The notes beneath the pieces were generated by a model. That model searched no databases. It saw only the letters and a program-made list of their open reading frames with translations, and had not been told where the DNA came from. A stretch of DNA of 64,000 nucleotides from Octopus sinensis. Its lineage: Eukaryota. The position numbers were made by a program, and so were the translations under genes. Positions 1 to 13,043 of the stretch are shown one piece after another (position 1 is the stretch's first letter; each line of letters starts with the position of its first letter). The stretch spans positions 44,826,001 to 44,890,000 of the forward strand of contig NC_043014.1 in the NCBI RefSeq assembly GCF_006345805.1. Reading direction: 5' to 3'.

Positions 1-892
1 GTGACTCTAATTGCAGGTAGATACAGGTAAATTCCACAAAATATAAAATTATTAAAATTTTGTTCAAACATCGCTATAGAAAATGGGTTATTAGCTAATA
101 TTCAATTGGGTATATAACAAAATTTTACGATAGAATTTGTTATTCTGGGTAACTTTCTGATACCCATAATAATATTTACGGCAAAATAGTCTTAATTTCA
201 TTTAAGGTTGAGGGAAACCACAAACTATCGTTTCTTTTGCTTTGTTTACGTTTAGCGTAACGGTTCGTCTCCGCTGTAATGATTTCAAATAGGCTCATTC
301 GAAAAAGTAAAAAGAAATAGTCTAAGGCTTTACTCTTCTGGGAAAGTCTGTGGCTTGGTCCAGTTTCTTCAGAGAAATCACCGAAAGGAACAGTTTTTAA
401 ATTTTCACTCCATTCAGGTGCCAATTCGTTTTCTTTATCGCTGTCGGAGATCTCAGATTCACTGTTTTCACTTTCGGAAAATGAAACATCAGATTCATTA
501 TCAAATACCACATGCTTTTTTTTTTCAGTCATAGAGTTAGATTTATGAAGGTCTTCAGTAGAAAATCCTTCGAATTCTGACTCGCTGCTTGATATAATGA
601 AATTCGTATCCATTTTTTGTCAGAATTACAAATTTTGAAAACACAATAGGAACAAATTTCGGAAAAAAATCTCCCAAAATTCACGGAATTAAAATTACAC
701 TTCGATTATTGTACAAAACTGTAGTTGAACTGTTTACGAAGTATAATACGTGTTTTCACGAATGTACTGAAGAGATTTGCTCTGATATTCTCATTTAAAT
801 ATGAATAGGTAAATTCGGGCGGCTTTGGGCGGTTTGGTTTCATAAACCAAAATTTTGTTCGGGCGGCTTTGGGCGGTTTGGTAACGAAAGGG
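1..892 (-). mobile_element. piggyBac-like transposon 5' end with truncated transposase (ORF 176-613)
   Basis: TTAA|CCCTTTCGTTACC terminus at 892-896. The ORF has an acidic N-terminus and LDYFFLLF...IITAETNRYA...W, typical of piggyBac/PGBD transposases. Left boundary uncertain. Confidence 0.8.
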
Positions 893-1603
893 TTAAAGAA
901 CCTTTCTAGGCAAGGATCTACACTCTTGGAGTGGTTGGCGTTAGGAAGGGTATCCAGATCAGACTGGAGCCTGGTTTGCCAGACCTCAGTCAAATCGTCC
1001 AACCCATGCTAGCATGGAAAGTGGACGTTAAACGATAATGATGACGAAAGAGCTGTCTCAAAGTATGAACACATTGAGAAGTTGCTTGGGGACCTCATGG
1101 GACTAGGGCTCAATTCTAATCTATGTGTATTGTCACTTGCCATCAATAAATAATACTATAAGGTGCAGCGACATTAATTTGCCCAGCCCAAGGGCCTGTA
1201 ATAATCCTAAGACAGTCCTGACAGAACACATTAGCTATGGAGTTCTGACTAGTTAATCTCAAGCATATTTTTTAAAATCTAACTTTTGCAATTTAAATTG
1301 AACACATAATCTCTTGATTTTTGAATTGTTGCTAAGGTAAAAAGCACCAACCGATCGTGGCCGTTTGCCAGCCTCATCTGGCACATAAAAAGCACCCACT
1401 ACACTCACGGAGTGGTTGGCGTTAGGAAGGGCATTCAGCTGTAGAAACACTGCCAGATCAGACTGGAGCCTGGTGCGGGTCTCTGGCTTCCCAGACCCCA
1501 GTTGAACCGTCCAACACATGCTAGCATGGAAAACGGACATTAAATGATGATGATGATGAAAAGAAAGTGGTGCCACTTTTTGACAGCTTCAAATAGCATT
1601 TAA

Positions 1604-2238
1604 CCCTTTGACATTTAAACTGGCCATATCCAGCTCAAATATTCTACCTGTTACATGTTCGAAATAACCAGATTTGATCTCTTGCACCTACCCTACAATG
1701 TCATCCTAAAAATAAATTATCACATCATCGAAATCTCAAAGCTTTGAGCTTCAAGATAACGCATGATTAATTCAAAGCAATGTGAATAGATAAGCATTAC
1801 ATTTGACAGAATAACCTGAACACTAAACTCTTTACTCTTTTACTTGTTTCAGTCATTTGACTGTGGCCATGCTGGAGCACCGCCTTTAGTCGAGCAAATC
1901 AACCTTATTCTTTGTAAGCCTAGTACTTATTCTATTGGTCTCTTTTGCCGAACCGCTAAGTTACGGGGACGTAAACACACCAGCATCGGTTGTCAAGAGA
2001 TATTGGGGGAGACAAACAAAGACACACAAACATACACATATATATATATATATATACACATATATATGATGGGCTTCTTTCAGTTTCCGTCTACCAAATC
2101 CACTCACAAGGCTTTGGTCGGCCTGAGGCTATAGTAGAAGACACTTGCCCAAGGTGCTATGCAGTGGGAATGAACCCAGAACCATGTAGTTGGTAAGCAA
2201 GCGACTTACCACACAACCACTCCTGCACCTATAAAGGG
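1604..2238 (+). mobile_element. Second TTAA MITE family with a SINE nested at 1828-2229
   Basis: ttaaCCCTTTGAC...AAAGGGttaa termini. Related copy near 53575-53800. Confidence 0.55.
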
Positions 2239-2545
2239 TTAAAATTCTTTTTCTACTGCATAGATATGGAACAAAAAGAATAAGGGATCTGACTGAAAGA
2301 TGGAGGTCTAGAAAGGAATCAAAAATCTTAAATCTTGTCTGCATAAGAGCAAATGATTCGAACAAAACTCATTGAAACAAAACCAACAAATAATATATGA
2401 TGAATGTGTGGCAAAGCAGATGGAGTGGGGGAAAAAGATACATTAGGTGATCTGTTTGATTAAAAATTTTATAATAGGATTTTGAAAATTTTTAATTTGA
2501 CATTTTACAACAAACTAGTACAATAAAGGTTAATAAAGAAAATAC

Positions 2546-2637
2546 CTGTTAGCTGGACGATGTTGTCGGATATCTTTATCATGAATTCACCATACTCATC
2601 TTTGCAAACACCATGAAATACCCAATTCTGTAGGTAG
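2546..2637 (-). CDS. TUBGCP6: TUBGCP6 exon 14 (gene continues beyond window start)
   Basis: YLQNWVFHGVCKDEYGEFMIK matches GCP6 FIHDWVYSGVFRDAYGEFMIQ. Phase 2->1. Confidence 0.92.
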
Positions 2638-3462
2638 CTGGAAGGTGGAAAAAAAACAACCAAAATAGTGACTGTAGTTATTTTAGGTCTGAAGTTGTGC
2701 AATAACAAATAAAAGATTTTAAATGTTAAATTAGATTATTATTATTGTTGTTGTTGTTGTTGTTGCTGCTGCTGCTGTTGTTGTTGTTAAGAAACAAGAC
2801 AGGTGATTAGGTGATGGTCTAGGGCTTAGGGGCGGGAGACTCCAGACCTTGGGAAAAAAAATAACTTTGGTCATCTTGTAGTCGAGGGCTCTTCGTTGAC
2901 GCCCAACACCACTGGGAGATAGCCCTTGAAGTCGCTGGAAATGGCTGCTGCTGCTATTATTATTATTATTATTATTAAGGAAGAAAATTCATTAGTTCCA
3001 AATATATAATGCCTTAAAATAAAAGTTGATACATGAGTACAAGGCCATAAAAGGTGAGGAGAGAGTAAAGTCAAATTAAATTGACCCCATTTTAAGACTG
3101 GTACTTATTTGATCAACCCTGAAGCAATTGAAAAAGCTATGTGATTTGAAATTGAAATATAATAGGATTTGGAAGAAGGAGTATATGATATTAATTAACA
3201 GAAAAAAATACTCGTTTCAAATTTTGATACAAGGCCAGTAATTTCAAGGGTGGGGAGTAAGTCAATTACATTGCCCCCCAGTGGTCAACTGGTACTTATT
3301 TTATCAAACCCAAAAGGATGAAAAGTAAAGGTGACTTTGGTGGAATTTGAACTTGGAACATAAAACCTGATCAAATACCATTAAACATGTTGCCTGGTAA
3401 TGCTAATGACTCTGCCAGCTTTCCACCTTAATTAACAGAAAGAAATGTTAACAGATAATTAA

Positions 3463-3935
3463 CCCTTTCGTTACCAGCCCGGCTGAAACCAGCTCTGGCT
3501 CTGTGGTATAAATGTCTTGTTTTCATAAGTTTTGAATTAAAATCTTCCACCAAACCTTAGTCACAACTTATGTTCCTAACACTAACTTAATGATAACTAA
3601 GTTATTTTACTAAATTCTTTGTTATATTTAAAGTAATTGAAAGAAACACAGAGCATCTCAAAATAAAACACAGTAATGAAAGGGTTAAAATATATAATAG
3701 AGAAACAATTCTTAACCCTTTTAATACCAACCCAGCTGAAACCACTTCTGGCTCTGAGTACAAATGTCTTGTTTTCATAAGTTTTGAATTAAAATCTACC
3801 ACCAAACCTTAGTCACAATTTGTGTTCCTAACACTAGCTGAATGATAACTAAGTTATTTTACTAAATTCTTTGTTATATTTAAAGTAATTGAAAGAAACA
3901 CAGAACATCTAAAAAATAATACAGTAACGAAAGGG
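3463..3935 (+). mobile_element. Two adjacent ~220-bp piggyBac-type (TTAA) MITEs (3463-3684, 3716-3935)
   Basis: TTAA-CCCTTT...AAAGGG-TTAA termini. Same family at 7675-8101 and 26531-27154 (both split by an RTE-tail insertion) and at 19589-19809. Confidence 0.8.
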
Positions 3936-4280
3936 TTAACCAGCTAGTTTAAAGAAAAGTTTGTCATTGGCGGACGTTATGTTTAGTATGGTAAACAGAA
4001 CTTTGATGGAATCTAGTATGCACAGTGAAGCACTGAAAGATTATTCTAACATTATTGTGTCTAAGTGTTGTGTGAGTATATACAGAAAAATACTGTAAAG
4101 TATTCAGTCCAACACTATCATTTCTGTTAGTCCACAACTACTGGTATTGGTAGTATCTCTAGTGATAAGAACCTTGAATAGAAGACCAGTCCTATATCAT
4201 CACTTCACCTAATGTCTGCTTTTCAAAGCTTGCTAACAGCTAAACCTGTTTCTCCACAGCTATTGCCATAGCCAAATTAA

Positions 4281-4850
4281 CCCTTTCGATACTAACCCGG
4301 CTGTAGCCAGCCAAAAGGTTTTTGGTTCATAAGACCAATCCAGTCGTAGACGGCCGAGAGTACCCATTGTTATTTAAATGTGAATTAAAGCACAAATCAC
4401 GTTAGTACATTTGTGAAAATACGTGATTTCACTTGTAAATAGTTGAATTATAGTATTCAACAATGCTTGATGTGATATCTGAACTCAGTGAATTTGGAGA
4501 GATTTTTTTCCACATTTTTTTTGGCGTCAATTTTTTTTTTCAACTTTGAAAATGGATAGGAGTTTCACACTATCAAGCAGTGATTCCGAATTTAAAGGTT
4601 TTTCAACGGAAAATATGGAGATATCAAGAAAAAGAATGAATGAGGTACAAAAGCACGTGGTGTACGAGAATGAATAGGATATTTCTGTATATGAAACTGA
4701 AAGCAGCAATAGTGACAGCAAAGACGATTTTACATTGGAATGAAGTAAAAACTTTTAAATATTTTTATTAGCAATTTTTCTGAAGAGATGGGGTCTATCC
4801 ATAGTCTTTCTTAAAGCACATTAATCACCTCAATAATCGTTTTGATTTCT
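4281..4850 (+). mobile_element. Degenerate piggyBac 5' fragment related to 1-892
   Basis: TTAA|CCCTTTCG start. MDRSFTLSSSDSEFKGFSTE remnant parallels MDTNFIISSSESEFEGFSTE. Confidence 0.65.
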
Positions 4851-4884
4851 CTAAAAGGCAACTCTGCTGTTAATGGATACTTAC

Positions 4885-4994
4885 AGAGCAAATGGAGTGC
4901 AGGCTCTCTGGAATATGGAAAGCATCAGGTAATACTGTTCGCTGTCCCACATCTCAACAGTTTTCTTATATAAATAATCAAGTAATTCTAAGCC
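4885..4994 (-). CDS. TUBGCP6: TUBGCP6 exon 13
   Basis: GLELLDYLYKKTVEMWDSEQYYLMLSIFQRACTPF matches GCP6 GVKLLSYLYQEA...YPVLLSLLKTSCEPY. Phase 0->2. Confidence 0.9.
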
Positions 4995-5236
4995 CTGCAA
5001 AGAAAAAAAAAATACAAAGTACTTGATATAACATTGTTTTTGTCATTCAGAAACATTAAAGGCAACAGCCAGCTATGCCCAGTGCTATAGCAGCTGCCAC
5101 CAACACTATCAATAATGTATTAGCAATTGGTTGATAACTGATAAAGAATTAGGGACCTTCTATGGTTATCTCCTGTCTGTTTTACATTCAGTATACATTA
5201 TGTTGTATGTTTATTTACCATACATATTTTTCATTT

Positions 5237-5272
<36 letters not shown>

Positions 5273-5932
5273 ATATATCATTGTTTAACGTCTGTTTTCT
5301 GTGCTAGCATGGGTTGGACAGTTCGACTGGGGTCTGGGAAGCCAGGAGGCTGCACCAGGCTCCAGTCTGATCTGGCAGTGTTTCTACAGCTGGATGCCCT
5401 TCCTGACACCAACCACTCCATGAGTGTAGTGGGTGCTTTTTATGTGCCACTGGCACAGAAGCCAGCAAAAGTGACGCTGGCATCGGCCACGCTCAGATGG
5501 TGCTTTTCACATGCCACCGGCACAGATATATATAAATACACACACATATTGTACGTATATGTATATCAGTGAAAGATGCATACATTCAAGTAAGCATAAC
5601 TTGTGGTATTTATTCTACTTAACTTACACTCTCTTTTGCCACTGGAAATGCACTGTGGCATAATGTGTCAGGATATATGTAGCTGGATGCGTTGTGGTAT
5701 ATATATATATATATATACATACCACAAATGTTCTTAAAATTTAAATCCACATCTTTGTCTATAATGTTGCCACTTGATATGAACATTCTTGTATTAATGG
5801 AAAACCTCTATAATTGGCTGATGAGTGCTCAGCATTTTAAATCTGTTGTAATACTTACAACATTTAATAAAATGATGTAGTACGAAACAATTGTACCAAA
5901 TTACCGGAGTCATTCTTGTTGCTTATTTTGAT

Positions 5933-5963
<31 letters not shown>

Positions 5964-6105
5964 TATATATATATATATATATTATATATATATATATATA
6001 TAAGTATATTAACATAGATATACATGTATATGCAGTGTTGTGCATACACGTGCACGTAGATATACATGAGCATACTGTATGAGAAATGAGCATAAATTTA
6101 CTTAC

Positions 6106-6166
6106 AACAGGAATGGATGGTGTGCTGTTAATCTGTCCATTAGAGCGACAGAGGCCTGACAGGAAC
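6106..6166 (-). CDS. TUBGCP6: TUBGCP6 exon 12
   Basis: FLSGLCRSNGQINSTPSIPV (cf. YLAELC...FPT). Acceptor gttgtcag, donor gtaagt, phase 2->0. Confidence 0.82.
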
Positions 6167-6587
6167 CTGACAACAAACAAAACACAATGAGAAATATATA
6201 AAACACACATACATGGGTGATAGGTGAAAGGATCTCTCTGTGGTTATTCAAGCTGCTAGAAATAGCAGCTAAATCTTTCTTAAACCATACTGCAGTTTTG
6301 TAACAAAAAGAAAATTAGATAAAGTAATTCTAGATTTCCTCAACAAAATATGGTATGTTCACAGTTGGAGTGTCTTTGATCATAGGTTTACTAGATAGGG
6401 GTTGACCTAGGGTTAAACATGTCATCAACATCACCACCACCTACTTCTTGCATCCCGTTAGTGAAATTCTTTTGCAAACATTCTGACCAGATACCAAGTT
6501 GGTTCCCTCTATATGTATATGTATATATACAGTCAACAGGTGAGATTTAGAGATGCTCAATATATACACACTAATACTGAACAGTTT

Positions 6588-6850
6588 GGAGGTGCGTTGG
6601 CTTAGTGGTTAGGCTGTCAGCATCACGATCCCAAGATTGTGGTTTCGATTCCTGGACCGGGTGATGTGTTGTGTTCTTGAGCAAAACACTTCATTTCACG
6701 TTGCTCCAGTCCATTCAGTTGGCAAAAATGAGTAACGCTGCGATGGATTAGCGTCCCGTCCAGCCAGGGAACACATACACCATTGAAACTGGGAAACTGG
6801 ACCCATGAGCCTGGCTAGGCTTTAAAAGGGCGCATTTATTTATTTATTTA
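6588..6850 (+). mobile_element. CORE-like tRNA SINE (family E)
   Basis: A/B boxes, ttcttgagcaaaacacttcat core-like segment and (TTTA)n tail. Confidence 0.7.
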
Positions 6851-8498
6851 ATATTGAACAGTGAGAATGAATGCTCAACACTTCATTGGTGGATAAATAT
6901 TCTTTATTTATGGGTTAACAAGGCTACCATTGGTTTAGGTAGACCCAGGAAGGCATGGGACAAGGTGGTAAAGCATGATCTTCAAACTTTGAGCTTCACA
7001 AAGGCAATGTCTAGAGACTGAGACCTTTGGTGATATGATGTGCTTGAGAAGACTCATCAAGCCAAGTGAAATCATAGTCATGGCTGATGCTGGTGTCACG
7101 TAACTGGCACACGTGCTGATGGCATGTAAAAAGCACCTGTCAAGTGTTGGACCTCATGGAGGTAATATCTATTTCTTTTCTACCCACAAGGGGCTAAACA
7201 CAGAGGGGACAAACAAGGACAGACAAACTGATTAAGTTGATTACATTCGACCCCAGTGCGTAACTGGTACTTAATTTATTGACCCCGAAAGGATGAAAGG
7301 TAAAGTCGACCTCGGCGGAATTTGAACTCAGAACGTAACGACAGACGAAATACAGCTACGCATTTCGCCCGGCGTGCTAACGTTTCTGCCAGCTCGCCAC
7401 CTTGGAGGCAATGACAAATGACCAAGACACTTGCCATTATGCTATACTTGAGAAGAAGAGCCACCAAACCAAGTGAAATTGTAGTGGTGACAGATACTGG
7501 TGTCATGCAAATGGCACCTGTTCCGGTGGCACATACAAGCACCCATTACACTTTCAGAATGGTTGGCATTAGGAAGAAACCATGCCAAATCAGACTAGAG
7601 TCTGGTACAGTCTTCCAGCTTGTCAGTTCCAGTCAAACTGCTCATTTCATGCCAGCATGGACAACGGACATTAACCCTTTCATTACTGTATTTATTTTGA
7701 GATGCTCTATGTTTCTTTCAATTACTTTAAATATAACTGCCTGACTGGCGTCCATGCCAGTGGCACGTAAAAAGCACCCACTACACTCTCGGAGTGGTTA
7801 GCGTTAGGAAGGGCATCCAGCTGTAGAAACTCTGCCAGATCAAGATTGAAGCCTGGTGCAGCCATCTGGTTCACCAGTCCTCAGTCAAAATCGTCCAACC
7901 CATGCTAGCATGGAAAGCGAACATTAAACGATGATGATGATGATAACAAAGAATTTAGTAAAGTAACTTAGTTACCATTCAGCTAGTAGTAGGAACATAA
8001 ATTGTGACTAAGGTTTGGTGGAAGATTTTAATTCATTTATGAAAATAAGACATTTGTACTCAGAACCAGAACCGGTTTCAGCCAGGTTGGTAATGAAAGG
8101 GTTAAATGATGATGTGTGTGTGTGTGTGTGCAACACAGCAATACATGCTTGGACACACGGGCACGTAAAAAGCACCATCCGATCATGGCCGTTGCCAGCC
8201 TCGCCTGGCAGCTGTGCCGGTGGCATGTAAAAAGCACCTACTACACTCACGGAGTGGTTGGCATTAGGAAGGGCATCCAGCTGTAGAAACACTGCCAGAT
8301 CAGACTGGAGCCTGGTGCAGCCTCCTGGCTTCCCAGATCCTGGTCTAACTGTCCAACCCATGCTAGCATGGAGAACGGACGTTAAACAATGATGATGATG
8401 AAAGTGAAAGTACAGGACAAAAGAAAAAGGTTGAGAAACCCTGGCCTATGCCATTATAAGACTGCTACACATACACCCAATGTTTACAAGTTACTTAC

Positions 8499-8794
8499 TT
8501 CAATTGTTTCACCAGTCGACGGCAATAAAACTCCAGCTGAAGCAATGTAATATCTTTGGGAATAGACAAAACGGCAGCTCGGTAGTAGAGTAGGTAGTTG
8601 TCAATAGCTTGTATGAAAGCCTGATATGTGTGTCCACCACTGTCGGTAATTTTATGGACGGGTAGCTGTACTAACAAGGACAGCTGATGGTAGGTGCTAC
8701 CAGATTCTACAAATGGTGCAAGCAGGTTATCCACTGATGTTGGTGTTAACCCTGATACACAAATCCAGTCTTTCATATAAAATTTCTGAGTTTC
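8499..8794 (-). CDS. TUBGCP6: TUBGCP6 exon 11
   Basis: VSGLTPTSVDNLL...QAFIQAIDNYLLYYRAAVLS...LVKQLK matches GCP6 VSGASPESISSLL...QAFTSGLRRYLQYYRACVLS. Phase 0->2. Confidence 0.93.
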
Positions 8795-9017
8795 CTGCGA
8801 AAAGAGACAAATGAAGCACATCCATAAAAAATATAAAATAGAGTTTGAACGTAACAAGGTTATAATTGTCATCATCGTTTAACATCTATTTTTTCATGCC
8901 TGTATGGAAACAGGTGAGGAGCTGACAACAGGAATGATATCTGACTAGAAAATCCACCACAACAAATTCCATCCAACACATACGAGCATGAAAAAGAGGA
9001 CATCAAAACAATGACGA

Positions 9018-9055
<38 letters not shown>

Positions 9056-9117
9056 CTTTACTGCCCACAAAGGGCTAAACATAGAGGGGACAAACAAGGA
9101 CAGACAAAGGGATTAAG

Positions 9118-10433
9118 GCAGACTGTATGATGCATATGTATGAACAGCCATGCTACATGGCAGTGAAACATGGGCCGTGACTGCTGAGGACATGCGTAAG
9201 CTTGCGAGAAATGAAGCTAGTATGCTCCGTTGGATGTGTAATGTCAGTGTTCATAGTCGACAGAGTGTAAGTACCTTGAGAGAAAAGTTGGACCTAAGAG
9301 GAATCAGATGTTGTGTGCAAGAGAGACGATTGCGCTGGTATGGTCATGTGGTGAGAATGGATGAAGATAGGTGTGTGAAAAAGTGCCACACCCTGGCAGT
9401 TGAGGGGACCTGTGGAAGAGGTAGACCCAGGAAAACCTGGGTCGAGGTGGTGAAGCACGACCTTCGAACTCTAGGTCTCACCAAGGAAATGACCAGAGAC
9501 CGAGACCTATGGAAGTATGCTGTGCGTGAGAAGACCCGGCAAGACCAGTGAGAACAATCAAAATCAAATCATATATCAGAAAGCAGGGGTTAAGTGACCC
9601 ATCCGGTCGTGTCCGCTGTCAGCCTCATCTGGCACCCGTGCCGGTGATACGCAAAAGCATCATTCGCTCGTGGCCGTTTGCCAGCTCTGCCTGGCCCCGT
9701 GTCGGTGGCACGTAAAAGCACCATCCGTTCATGTTCGTTGCCAGCCTCGCCTGGCCCCGTGCCGGTGACACGTAAAAGCACCGTCCGTTCGTGGCCGTTT
9801 GCCAGCTCTGTCTGGCCCCGTGTCGGTGGCACGTAAAAGCACCATCCGTTCGTGGCCGTTTGCCAGCTCTGTCTGGCCCCGTGTCGGTGGCACGTAAAAG
9901 CACCATCCGTTCGTGTCCGTTGCCAGCCTTGTCTGGCCCCCGTGCCGGTGACACGTAAAAGCACCGTCCGCTCGTGGCCGTTTGCCAGCTCTGTCTGGCA
10001 ACCGTGTCGGTGGCACGTGAAAGCACCATCCGTTCGCGTCCGTTGCCAGCCTCGGCTGGCCCCCGTGCCGGTGACACGTAAAAGCACCGTCCGTTCGTGG
10101 CCGTTTGCCAGCTCTGTCTGGCCCCGTGTCAGTGGCACGTAAAAGCACCATCCGTTCGTGTCCGTTGCCAGCATCGCCTGGCCCGGTGACACGTAAAAGC
10201 ACCATCCATTCGTGGCCGTTCGCCAGCTCTGTCTGGCACCTGTGCAGGTGGCACGTAAAAAACACTCACTACACTCGCGGAGTGGTTGGCGTTAGGAAGG
10301 GCATCCAGCCGTAGAAACACTGCCAGATCTGACTGGGCCTGACGAAGCCTTCCAGCTTCACAGATCCCAGTTGACCCGTCCAACCCATGCTAGCATGGAA
10401 AGCGGACGCTAAACGATGATGATGATGATGATG
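9118..10433 (+). mobile_element. 5'-truncated RTE-clade LINE: ORF C-terminus (9150-9551), tandem-repeat 3' UTR and (GAT)n tail
   Basis: HGSETW, RRLRWYGHV and RGRPRKTW motifs of the RTE ORF C-terminus. Inserted inside a family B SINE. Confidence 0.88.
9597..10256 (+). repeat. ~11 x 60-62 bp tandem repeat in the RTE 3' UTR
   Basis: Unit aaaagcaccatccgttcgtggccgtttgccagctctgtctggccccgtgtcggtggcacgt, recurring at about 9654, 9714, 9774, 9835, 9896, 9957, 10019, 10080, 10141 and 10195. Confidence 0.95.
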
Positions 10434-10869
10434 ACATTGGCCCCAGTGCGAAACTGGTACTTTATTTATCAACCCTGAAAGGATGAAAGGCAAAGTCGAC
10501 CTTGGCGGAATTTGCACTCAGAACGTAACGACAGACAAAATACCGCTAAGCATTTTGCCCGGCGTGCTAACGTTTCTGTGCGTTTTATATATATAGCTGT
10601 CCTCCATGGCAGAAGTGTTAAGGTTGCATCCCCTGGTGAAGAGAATTGGCCTACAAGAGCCTTGTGCTAGTGCCATGTAAAAAGCACTCATGCCAGTGCC
10701 ACGTTCAAAGCACCCAGCACACACTGTAAAGTGGTTGGCATCAGGAAGGGCATCCAGTCACAGAAACCAAGCCAAATCATATTGGAACTCAGTACAGCTC
10801 TGGTCAAACCGTCCAACCCATGCCAGCATGGAAAACGAACGTCAAAGGATGATGATGATATATATTTAC

Positions 10870-11077
10870 CTTGTTTAGTAGAAACAGGTGAGATGGGACC
10901 CCAACGAGTAACTGAAGAATATCATTGACAAGCTGCTTAACAGAGACAGTAACTTTAGATGCTTCTTGAAGACTGGGACATAATATGGACATCTCGTTGA
11001 GTTTAACAGCAAATATTTTGTCCACTGCTTCTGGACCAGCCTCAGTGAGGTAAGGCAGTTCTTGTAATCCTGGATGT
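10870..11077 (-). CDS. TUBGCP6: TUBGCP6 exon 10
   Basis: ELPYLTEAGPEAVDK...QLVNDILQLLVGVPSHLF matches GCP6 EEPYLTEAGRDAFDK...ELVKDVLNVLIGVVSATF (start of GRIP1 domain). Phase 2->0. Confidence 0.93.
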
Positions 11078-12227
11078 CTGAAAATACACAAAATGGTACA
11101 AATATTAGTTGAAGAAATAGCTTTGAAATTAGACACACTCTCTTTACTCTTTTACTTGTTTCAGTCATTTGACTGCGGCCATGCTGGAGCACCGCCTTTT
11201 TAGTCGAGCAACTCGACCCCAAGACTTATTCTTTGTAAGCCTAGTACTTATCCTATCGGTCTCTTTTGCCGAACCGCTAAGTGACGGGGACGTAAACATA
11301 CCAGCATCGGTTATTAAGCGATGTTGGATGGGACAAACAGACACACAAACATACACGCACACATATACATATATACGACAGGCTTCTTTCAGTTTCCGTC
11401 TACCAAATCCACTCACAAGGCTTTGGTTGGCCCGAGGCTATAGTAGAAGACACTTGCCCAAGGTGCCACGCAGTGGGACTGAACCCGGAACCATGTGGTT
11501 GGTAAACTTTGTAGAGGGTTTTACTTTCTCTCTTCTTTTTATTTTCATCCTATTTTTTTTTTCAGAACAAGATTTAAGATTCCTATCCATGGCCTGTATT
11601 TTTAGAATGTACACACATCAGTCTCCAAGATATATCATACCCAGAGTAAATTTACTTCATGTAAACTCTACTATTTATAAATTTTCTCTAATGCTTGAGT
11701 CACTATAGACACATGCGGGATTGTTGGGGACTGCTTCTGAAATCCACATATTCCCATGAAACTTCTTCCAAGGAAGAAGCCGATTCAACCCGCCCAGGGT
11801 GAATGCCGCCACAAGTACAAGTAAGTAGTACTATAGATACAGGTTTTCACTTACCCTTTTTTTTAGTTTTAACAATGGCCTTTGCTCCTCTAAAACTGCT
11901 GACTACCATTTCCTGTTAATCTATTTAATGCACTCATCTTGCCTCCCTTTACATCTACTGTACACCATCTAGTCTTTTTAATGGCCTCTGCTTCTCTAAA
12001 AGTGCTGACTTTGTAACATCATGTGAATCTAAGAGATGAGGAATTATGTACATTATTTACATTCGATGAATATTTGTCCTCATCTTGTTTGTTGTTAACA
12101 CGTTTCGGCTGATATACCCTCCAGCCTTCTTCAGGTGTCTTGGGGGAAATTTCGAACCTGGGTTCTCATTCCTAAGGTATGTTTCAATACTATTATTATT
12201 ATTATTATAATTATTGTTTGGGCCCAT

Positions 12228-12427
12228 GGGCATATGGTATAGTGGTTAAGAGCGCAGGCTACTAACCCCAAGATTCCGAGTTCCGTTCCAAGCAGTGACT
12301 AAAAAATTATAATCACATCAAAAAATACCTTAGGAATGAGAACCCAGGTTCGAAATTTCCCCAAGACACCTGATGAAGGCTGGAGAGTATATCTGCTGAA
12401 ACATTGTGTTAACAACAAACAAGACGG
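12228..12427 (+). mobile_element. tRNA-headed element ending in a hammerhead-like motif (12365-12410)
   Basis: A-box tggtatagtgg and B-box-like gagttccgttcc, then gacac CTGATGA a ggctg...GAAAC att gtgtt. Tail copies at 12036-12188(-) and 26064-26182(-). Confidence 0.6.
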
Positions 12428-13043
12428 CCTTTCTTTTTACTATCTTTTTTTTATTTAAAAAAAAATTTTCTTTTTCACTTATTTCAGTCATTTGACTGCG
12501 GCCATGCTGGAGCACCGCCTTTAGTCGAACAAATCGACCCTGGGACTTATTCTTTGTAAGCCTAGTACTTATTCTATCGGTCTCTTTTGCCGCACCACTA
12601 AGTGACGGGGATGTAAACACACTTGCATCGGTTGTCAAGCAATGCTAAGGGGACAAACACAGACACACAAACACACACACACATACATATATATGACAGG
12701 CTTCTTTCAGTTTCCGTCTACCAAATCCACTCACAAGGCATTGGTCGGCCCGGGGCTATAGCAGAAGACACTTGCCCAAGATGCCACGCAGTAGGACTGA
12801 ACTCGGAACCATGTGGTTGGTAAGCAAGCTACTTACCACACAGCCACTCCTGCGCCTTGTTTGTAATTTCAGTAAACAAACTATTTGCAAGAATCAGTGA
12901 AAAGTCTGTTTACTGAAATTACAAACGAGGTCACTGGCTGTTATCAGATTCATTAGTCCAAGTATTTCTGGCTGAAAACACACAATATGTCAAAACAGCA
13001 GTGTTCCAGAGTCCCTTTACTATATAAAAATAACATTATCTAA

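Noticed and set aside
9597-10256. CRISPR-like array of regular ~60-bp periodicity
   Set aside because: Whole units are near-identical with no unique spacers, there are no cas genes, and the array lies in a eukaryotic LINE 3' UTR.
9590-10265. Long overlapping ORFs of 150-200 aa (also 61523-62387)
   Set aside because: They are translations of the stop-poor tandem repeat in several frames, with no protein signature.
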